From: Steroidobacteraceae bacterium
Lineage (GTDB): Bacteria > Pseudomonadota > Gammaproteobacteria > Steroidobacterales > Steroidobacteraceae
Length of the DNA: 37,920 nt
Assembly (NCBI GenBank): GCA_041486385.1
Contig: JBGPLJ010000001.1
Location: 1-37,920 of the forward strand
Direction of reading: 5' to 3'
The notes beneath the pieces are model-generated. The model saw nothing but the letters and a program-made list of their open reading frames with translations, searched no databases and had not been told where the DNA came from. Of the stretch, positions 33,145 through 37,920 are shown one piece after another. The position numbers were made by a program, and so were the translations under genes. How positions within the stretch are numbered: position 1 is the stretch's first letter; each line of letters opens with the position of its first letter.

Positions 33145-33360
33145 CGAGCGGGCACCTTCGAAAGCCAACCCTGCAAACAGCAGGGAACTAGACTAGGCAG
33201 CACGCCGCCGCTGCGTCAACGCATTATGGCAGCCCACGCGCGCCAACTGATCCACAAAACGGCGGCCGATCCCTTGCGAGCGGCACCTCCATCCATTAGC
33301 GTACGCCGCCCCTGTGTGATCTCCATGTGGCCTAGACAATATTTGCGGAGTCCTGAACTG

Positions 33361-34143
33361 ATGTCCCGCCCCCTGCTCGTGCTCGGCTCGAAGAACTACT
33401 CCAGCTGGTCGCTGCGCCCCTGGATATTGCTCAAACACCTGGGCATCGATTTCGAGGAAGTGGTGCTGCAGCTCGATACCGAGCAGTTCCGCCACGAAAT
33501 CGACAAGTACAGCCCGACGCGGCGCGTGCCCGTGCTCATCGACGGCGATGTGCGGGTCTGGGACTCCCTGTCGATCGCCGAATACGCCGGCGAGCAGCTC
33601 GCGCGCTGGCGCGGCGAGGCTGCCGCCGACCTCAAGATCTGGCCGACCGACCTGGTCGCGCGGGCCCAGGCTCGCTCGCTCGCGGCGGAAATGCATTCCG
33701 GCTTTCAGACCTTGCGCGGCAGCTGCCCGATGAATGTCCGCGCGCGCCATGTGAAGGTGCGCCAGACGCCCGAGCTTGCGAATGACATCGCCCGTATCGA
33801 TCTGATCTGGTCCGGCTGCCGGCAGCGCTTCGGGGCGGGCGGCCCCTGGCTCTTCGGCGAGTATTCGGCAACCGACGCCATGTTCGCGCCAGTCGCCTTT
33901 CGCTTTCGCACGTATGGCGCGCAGTTGTCCGCGCGTTCGCGGGAGTATCTCGAACACGTGCTCAACGATCCGTTCATGGTCGAATGGACGGCGGCCGCCG
34001 AGATCGAAGACCACGTGATGGACCGCCTTGAGTCGAAACCGCGCCGCAAGACCCGCGGGCGCTCGAAGCCCCGTGCGGCGAATCGCGCCCGGGCGGCCAA
34101 GTCACGAACCCGTCCCAGGCGCCGCGCCACCCGCAAGCGCTGA
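33361..34143 (+). CDS. glutathione S-transferase (YfcF-like) with an Arg/Lys-rich C-terminal extension
   Basis: ATG 33361 (MSRPLLVLGSKNYSSWSLRPWILLKHLGIDFEEV) lies inside ORF 32398-34143. The GST N-domain motif is RRVPVLIDGDVRVWDSLSIAEY. The last ~37 aa read ESKPRRKTRGRSKPRAANRARAAKSRTRPRRRATRKR. Confidence 0.8.
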   Translation: MSRPLLVLGSKNYSSWSLRPWILLKHLGIDFEEVVLQLDTEQFRHEIDKYSPTRRVPVLIDGDVRVWDSLSIAEYAGEQLARWRGEAAADLKIWPTDLVARAQARSLAAEMHSGFQTLRGSCPMNVRARHVKVRQTPELANDIARIDLIWSGCRQRFGAGGPWLFGEYSATDAMFAPVAFRFRTYGAQLSARSREYLEHVLNDPFMVEWTAAAEIEDHVMDRLESKPRRKTRGRSKPRAANRARAAKSRTRPRRRATRKR

Positions 34144-34324
34144 AGAGCGGGATCACTCCCGCATCCTGAAGTCCTCAGACCGTCAGCCGCGGTGGTCGCG
34201 CCCAGTGGGGTAGATCACAATGGCTGCGGCTTCTCCTTAACAATCATTAACGGCATTGACGCGAATGATCGGTAGGCTTGCCATACGATTGGCCTTGAAA
34301 AGATAAGGTTCCGATGGACCTGCG

Positions 34325-36913
34325 ATGAGCGTCCCGACCCGACACGATTGGCGCAAGTGGCTTGGCCCCATCGCGAGCGTGGTGGTGCTGGCCATTGCGT
34401 TGACGGTGCTGGCGCGGCTCACGCACTCCTTGCGCCTGCGCGACGTTCTCGCTCAGCTCCACGCCATTCCCTGGTCGATGCTGCTCGTGAGTGCCGCCCT
34501 GACTGTCGGGAGCTATTCGATCCTGACGCTGTACGAAATGCTGGCCGTTCGTACCGCTGGCCGCAGCCTCGGCTACCTCATGCCGGCCCTCACTTCATTC
34601 GTCGCCTATGCGGTCGGGCACAACGTCGGGCTCTCCGCTTTGTCCGGTGGCGCCGTACGCTACCGTTCGTACTCGCTCGCCGGACTCAGCGCGAGTGAAA
34701 TCGCGCAGATCATTGCCTTCTCGACGCTGACTTTCGCGCTCGGCACCGGGACACTCCTCGGCATTACGCTGATTGCGACTGCGGCACGCTCCGCGACCCT
34801 GCTGCACGTCAGCCCGAGCGTGCTGTTGGTGCTGGGCGCGCTGATGCTGAGCGGTGTCGTCGGTTACGCCACGATCACTGCGCTGCGCAGGGCACCGCTC
34901 GAAGTTGGCGGCTGGCAGGTGAAACTGCCCTCGTTCGGCACGACCTGGGTACAGCTTGCGCTCTCGGTCACAGATCTCACGCTCGTTTCCAGCGCGCTGT
35001 ATGTGCTGCTGCCTGACGGCGCCAACATGAGCTATCCCGCGTTTCTGGCGATCTACCTGGTCGGCATGGTGGCGGGAGTCATCAGCACCGTGCCGGGCGG
35101 TCTCGGCGTGTTCGAATCGGTGCTGCTGATTCTGATGCCCGACGTCACGGCGCGCTCGCTCCTCGGCTCCCTCCTCGCGTTCCGTGTCATCTATTACGTC
35201 CTGCCGTTTCTGTTGTCGCTTGCCGCCATGGTCGGCCACGAAACCTGGCGCAATCGCGCGAGTGTGGTGAGCGCGAGCGCCGCAACGCGGCGCTGGCTGG
35301 CGACTCTCACGCCGCAAGGCATCGCGCTCATGGTCTTCGCCGGCGGGGTGGTGCTGCTCTTTTCCGGGGCAACGCCGGAGCTCGATCAGCGTCTGCACAT
35401 TCTCCACGGCGTCGTGCCGCTGCCAATCCTCGAGCTCTCGCACCTCGCGGGCAGCGCGACCGGCGTCGGGCTGCTGATACTCGCGCGCGGCCTGTCGCTG
35501 CGCCTCGACGGCGCGTGGCACGTGACGCTGTGGCTGCTCGTCGTCGGCATATTCGCCTCGCTCCTGAAGGGTCTTGACTACGAAGAAGCGATCATTCTCG
35601 GCTGCATGCTGATCGCGCTCGTTTCGGCGCGCGCGCAGTTCCATCGCCGCGCATCGTTCCTCGAGGAGCGCTTTTCGGCCGGCTGGACGGCAAGCCTGAT
35701 CGTCGCGATCGGCCTGACCATCTGGCTCGGACTGCTCGCGCATCGGCACCTCACCTACGACAACGATCTCCTGTGGCGATTCGCGCTCGACGCCAACGCG
35801 CCGCGCATGCTGCGCGCGAGTCTGCTGATCGTCATGCTCGCCGCCTTTTTCGGACTCTGGCGCCTGCTGCGGCCCGCGCGGCCGCGCGCCGCCAGCATCA
35901 GCCCCGAAGCGCTCGCGCAAGCGGAACTCGTTGTCGAAAAGTCGCCGGAGAGCGACGCGCGGCTCGCACTCCTTGGCGACAAGCACCTGATCTTCAACGA
36001 GCGCCGCAACGCCTTCATCATGTACGGCATCTCGGGACGCAGCTGGGTGGCGATGGGCGATCCCGTCGGTCCGATGACGGAGTACGAAGAGCTTGCCTGG
36101 GATTTCCGCGAGCGCTGCGACCGATTCGGCGCCTGGCCCGTGTTCTATCAGGTGAGCCCGGATCACCTGCCGCTCTACGTGGACCTGGGCTTGAGTTTCA
36201 GCAAGCTGGGCGAGGAAGCTCGCGTCGATCTTGGCGCGTTCGCGCTCGACGGCGCGGCGCGCGCGCATCTGCGCCAGTCGCATCGCAAGGTCGCGCGTGA
36301 GGAGGTCGAATTCGCGATCATTCCGCCAGCCGAAGTCGTGCGGCAAATGGCGGAACTGCGCCGCGTCTCGGATGCCTGGCTGGCATCGCGTCACGAAGTT
36401 GAGAAGGGTTTTTCGCTCGGGTTCTTCTCCGAGCGCTACCTCGCCCGTTTTCCCGCGGCGCTCGTGCGACGCGCGGGCCGCATCGTCGCGTTCGCCAATG
36501 TCTGGGAAACCGCCGGTTGCGAGGAGCTCTCCGTCGATCTGATGCGCTACTCGGACGAAGCGCCAAAGGGCGTGATGGATTTTCTGTTCGTCGAGCTGAT
36601 GCTCTGGGGCAAGGCGCGCGGCTACAAATGGTTTAATCTGGGGATGGCGCCGCTCGCGGGTCTCGAAGACCGGCGGCTCGCGCCCGCGTGGCACAAGTTC
36701 GGACGTCTCGTGTACCGCTGGGGCGAGGACTTCTACAATTTCGAGGGACTGAAGCGCTACAAGGAGAAATTCCTGCCCGAATGGCGGCCGCGCTATCTCG
36801 CGGCGCCCGGCGGGCTCGCGTTGCCCCGCATTCTCCTTGACGTCACATCCCTCATCGCGAGCGGCTCGCGCGAAGCCTCGGAACATGCCGTCGATGCCGC
36901 GACGGCGGCTTGA
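34325..36913 (+). CDS. mprF: bifunctional lysyl-phosphatidylglycerol synthase/flippase MprF (LpiA-like)
   Basis: 862 aa. The N-terminal half is polytopic membrane (more than 12 helices). The C-terminal synthase domain has FIMYGISGRSWVAMGDPVG ... DLMRYSDEAPKGVMDFLFVELMLWGKARGYKWFNLGMAPL ... FEGLKRYKEKF. Confidence 0.9.
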   Translation: MSVPTRHDWRKWLGPIASVVVLAIALTVLARLTHSLRLRDVLAQLHAIPWSMLLVSAALTVGSYSILTLYEMLAVRTAGRSLGYLMPALTSFVAYAVGHNVGLSALSGGAVRYRSYSLAGLSASEIAQIIAFSTLTFALGTGTLLGITLIATAARSATLLHVSPSVLLVLGALMLSGVVGYATITALRRAPLEVGGWQVKLPSFGTTWVQLALSVTDLTLVSSALYVLLPDGANMSYPAFLAIYLVGMVAGVISTVPGGLGVFESVLLILMPDVTARSLLGSLLAFRVIYYVLPFLLSLAAMVGHETWRNRASVVSASAATRRWLATLTPQGIALMVFAGGVVLLFSGATPELDQRLHILHGVVPLPILELSHLAGSATGVGLLILARGLSLRLDGAWHVTLWLLVVGIFASLLKGLDYEEAIILGCMLIALVSARAQFHRRASFLEERFSAGWTASLIVAIGLTIWLGLLAHRHLTYDNDLLWRFALDANAPRMLRASLLIVMLAAFFGLWRLLRPARPRAASISPEALAQAELVVEKSPESDARLALLGDKHLIFNERRNAFIMYGISGRSWVAMGDPVGPMTEYEELAWDFRERCDRFGAWPVFYQVSPDHLPLYVDLGLSFSKLGEEARVDLGAFALDGAARAHLRQSHRKVAREEVEFAIIPPAEVVRQMAELRRVSDAWLASRHEVEKGFSLGFFSERYLARFPAALVRRAGRIVAFANVWETAGCEELSVDLMRYSDEAPKGVMDFLFVELMLWGKARGYKWFNLGMAPLAGLEDRRLAPAWHKFGRLVYRWGEDFYNFEGLKRYKEKFLPEWRPRYLAAPGGLALPRILLDVTSLIASGSREASEHAVDAATAA

Positions 36914-36966
36914 CGCAATTCACCGAACCGATCTTTTCCTCCAACTCCTGACCGGCAAACTCAATC

Positions 36967-37920
36967 ATGCAAGTCCATATTATTCGCCTGCTCCTGCTCA
37001 TCGGCATCGTGGCCAGCGCGGGTACCGCGTGCGCTCGCGAGACGTCGACTTTCGAGATGGCGCGCTTCGGCACTGTCACTGTGTATCCGGCCGTGGATCC
37101 GGCCGGCGGCAATCCGCAGGAAGTCGTCCTGTTCATCTCCGGCGACGGCGGCTGGAATCAGGGCGTGGTCGGCATGGCCCAGGCGCTCTCCGACATGGGC
37201 GCCCTCGTGGCGGGTGTCGATATCCGTCACTACCTCGCCGAGCTCGATCACTCGCACGATTCCTGTTCCGCGCCCGACGTCGACTTCGAACGGCTCGGCC
37301 ACGTGCTCGAAGCCAAGTACGGCGTGAAGGACTATCGCGAGCCGATCCTCGTCGGCTACTCCTCAGACGCAACGCTCGTCTACGCGACGCTCGCGCAAGC
37401 GCCGCCCGGAACATTCACCGGTGCCTTGAGTCTTGGCTTCTGTCCCGACCTCGAAGTCGAAAAGCCTTTCTGCAAAGGCGCCGGACTCGAGTTCGAGCCG
37501 ATACCCAAACACAAGGGGTTCAACTTTCTGCCGGCGCCGCATGTGCGCGGACGCTGGATCGCGTTGCAGGGCGCGATCGATCAGGTGTGCCTGCCAAAAC
37601 CGACTGCGGATTTCGTGGCGCAAGTGCCGGGCGCGGAACTCGTGATGCTGCCACACGTCGGCCACGGCTATTCGGTCGAGCGCAACTGGGTACCGCAGTA
37701 TCGCGCCGCGTTCCAGCGCATTGCGGCACGCCGCGTTGCCTCGAAGCCAGTGCTGCCGCCAGCGGTGAGTGACCTGCCTTTGATCGAAGTGCCTGCGACC
37801 GGCACTGGCCGGGGTGAATTCGCGGTCATTCTCTCGGGTGATGGCGGCTGGGTCGGCATCGATCGGGACCTCTCGACCGCTTTCGCGGCGCGCGGCATTC
37901 CGGTCGTCGGCTGGGACTCG
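36967..37920 (+). CDS. virJ: VirJ/AcvB family protein (lysyl-PG hydrolase-like), 3' end beyond the window
   Basis: My own translation from ATG 36967 is open to the window edge (318 codons). It reads MQVHIIRLLLLIGIVASAGTACA (signal) ...VVLFISGDGGWNQGVVGMAQALSDMGALVAGVDIRHYL ... and has a second repeat FAVILSGDGGWVGIDRDLSTAFAARGIPVVGWDS, the duplicated VirJ domain pattern. It is absent from the ORF track because there is no stop. Confidence 0.8.
   Translation, partial: MQVHIIRLLLLIGIVASAGTACARETSTFEMARFGTVTVYPAVDPAGGNPQEVVLFISGDGGWNQGVVGMAQALSDMGALVAGVDIRHYLAELDHSHDSCSAPDVDFERLGHVLEAKYGVKDYREPILVGYSSDATLVYATLAQAPPGTFTGALSLGFCPDLEVEKPFCKGAGLEFEPIPKHKGFNFLPAPHVRGRWIALQGAIDQVCLPKPTADFVAQVPGAELVMLPHVGHGYSVERNWVPQYRAAFQRIAARRVASKPVLPPAVSDLPLIEVPATGTGRGEFAVILSGDGGWVGIDRDLSTAFAARGIPVVGWDS

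Noticed and set aside
32398-33360. The upstream 320 codons of the 581-aa ORF that ends as the GST
   Set aside because: This part is antisense to metZ and reads as a shadow frame. The GST homology begins exactly at ATG 33361 (MSRPLLVLGSKNY).
33145-33360. Possible SAM riboswitch in the metZ leader
   Set aside because: The reverse-strand leader contains only a small hairpin (CCCTGC-tgttt-GCAGGG) just before the RBS. I could not find SAM-I, SAM-II or SAM/SAH core motifs. An Infernal scan would be needed to be certain.
34595-36886. 763-aa ORF antisense to mprF
   Set aside because: This is the same shadow-frame signature (RR/HR/DR-rich). The MprF frame has clear TM architecture and a conserved synthase domain, so the antisense ORF is a compositional artefact.

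Overview
The window is a dense, high-GC (mid-60s % by eye) proteobacterial chromosomal segment with about 40 protein-coding genes, mostly envelope, housekeeping and metabolic. I read these from motifs:
- an SDR-like 3' gene end, a small esterase, and a cNMP-binding patatin-like lipase
- a DUF559 gene, a hotdog-fold gene, and a phage-tail-sheath-family gene
- a DMT transporter, a low-GC methyltransferase, a rhomboid protease, and a LysM L,D-transpeptidase
- a LemA-TPM-TPM operon, an M13 metallopeptidase, GreB, and a redoxin
- homospermidine synthase and arginine decarboxylase, with a GST and a rhodanese sulfurtransferase between them
- a half-size UPF0016 protein, an RRM RNA-binding protein, and a UvrD-family helicase
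- AhpD-like and NUDIX genes, a HAD hydrolase, MetZ, and a second GST
- MprF followed by a VirJ/AcvB-type hydrolase that runs off the 3' edge

I found no rRNA, tRNA, CRISPR array, transposase, integrase or recognisable defence operon.

Content not explained by ordinary annotation:
1. An intact sheath-family gene with no other contractile-machine genes nearby.
2. Two families of MITE-like palindromic repeats, one nested inside the other, that fill convergent intergenic gaps wall to wall.
3. Two ungapped 65-aa paralogues 6.4 kb apart.
4. A two-gene operon of unrecognised helical proteins beside an orphan mini flagellar-rod-like ORF.
5. A methyltransferase gene with visibly atypical composition.

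I cannot point to a clear-cut novel multi-gene system. The sheath gene and the unknown two-gene operon are the best leads. All functional calls come from motif recognition by eye; no searches or folding programs were run. Start codons are my choices within the supplied ORFs.
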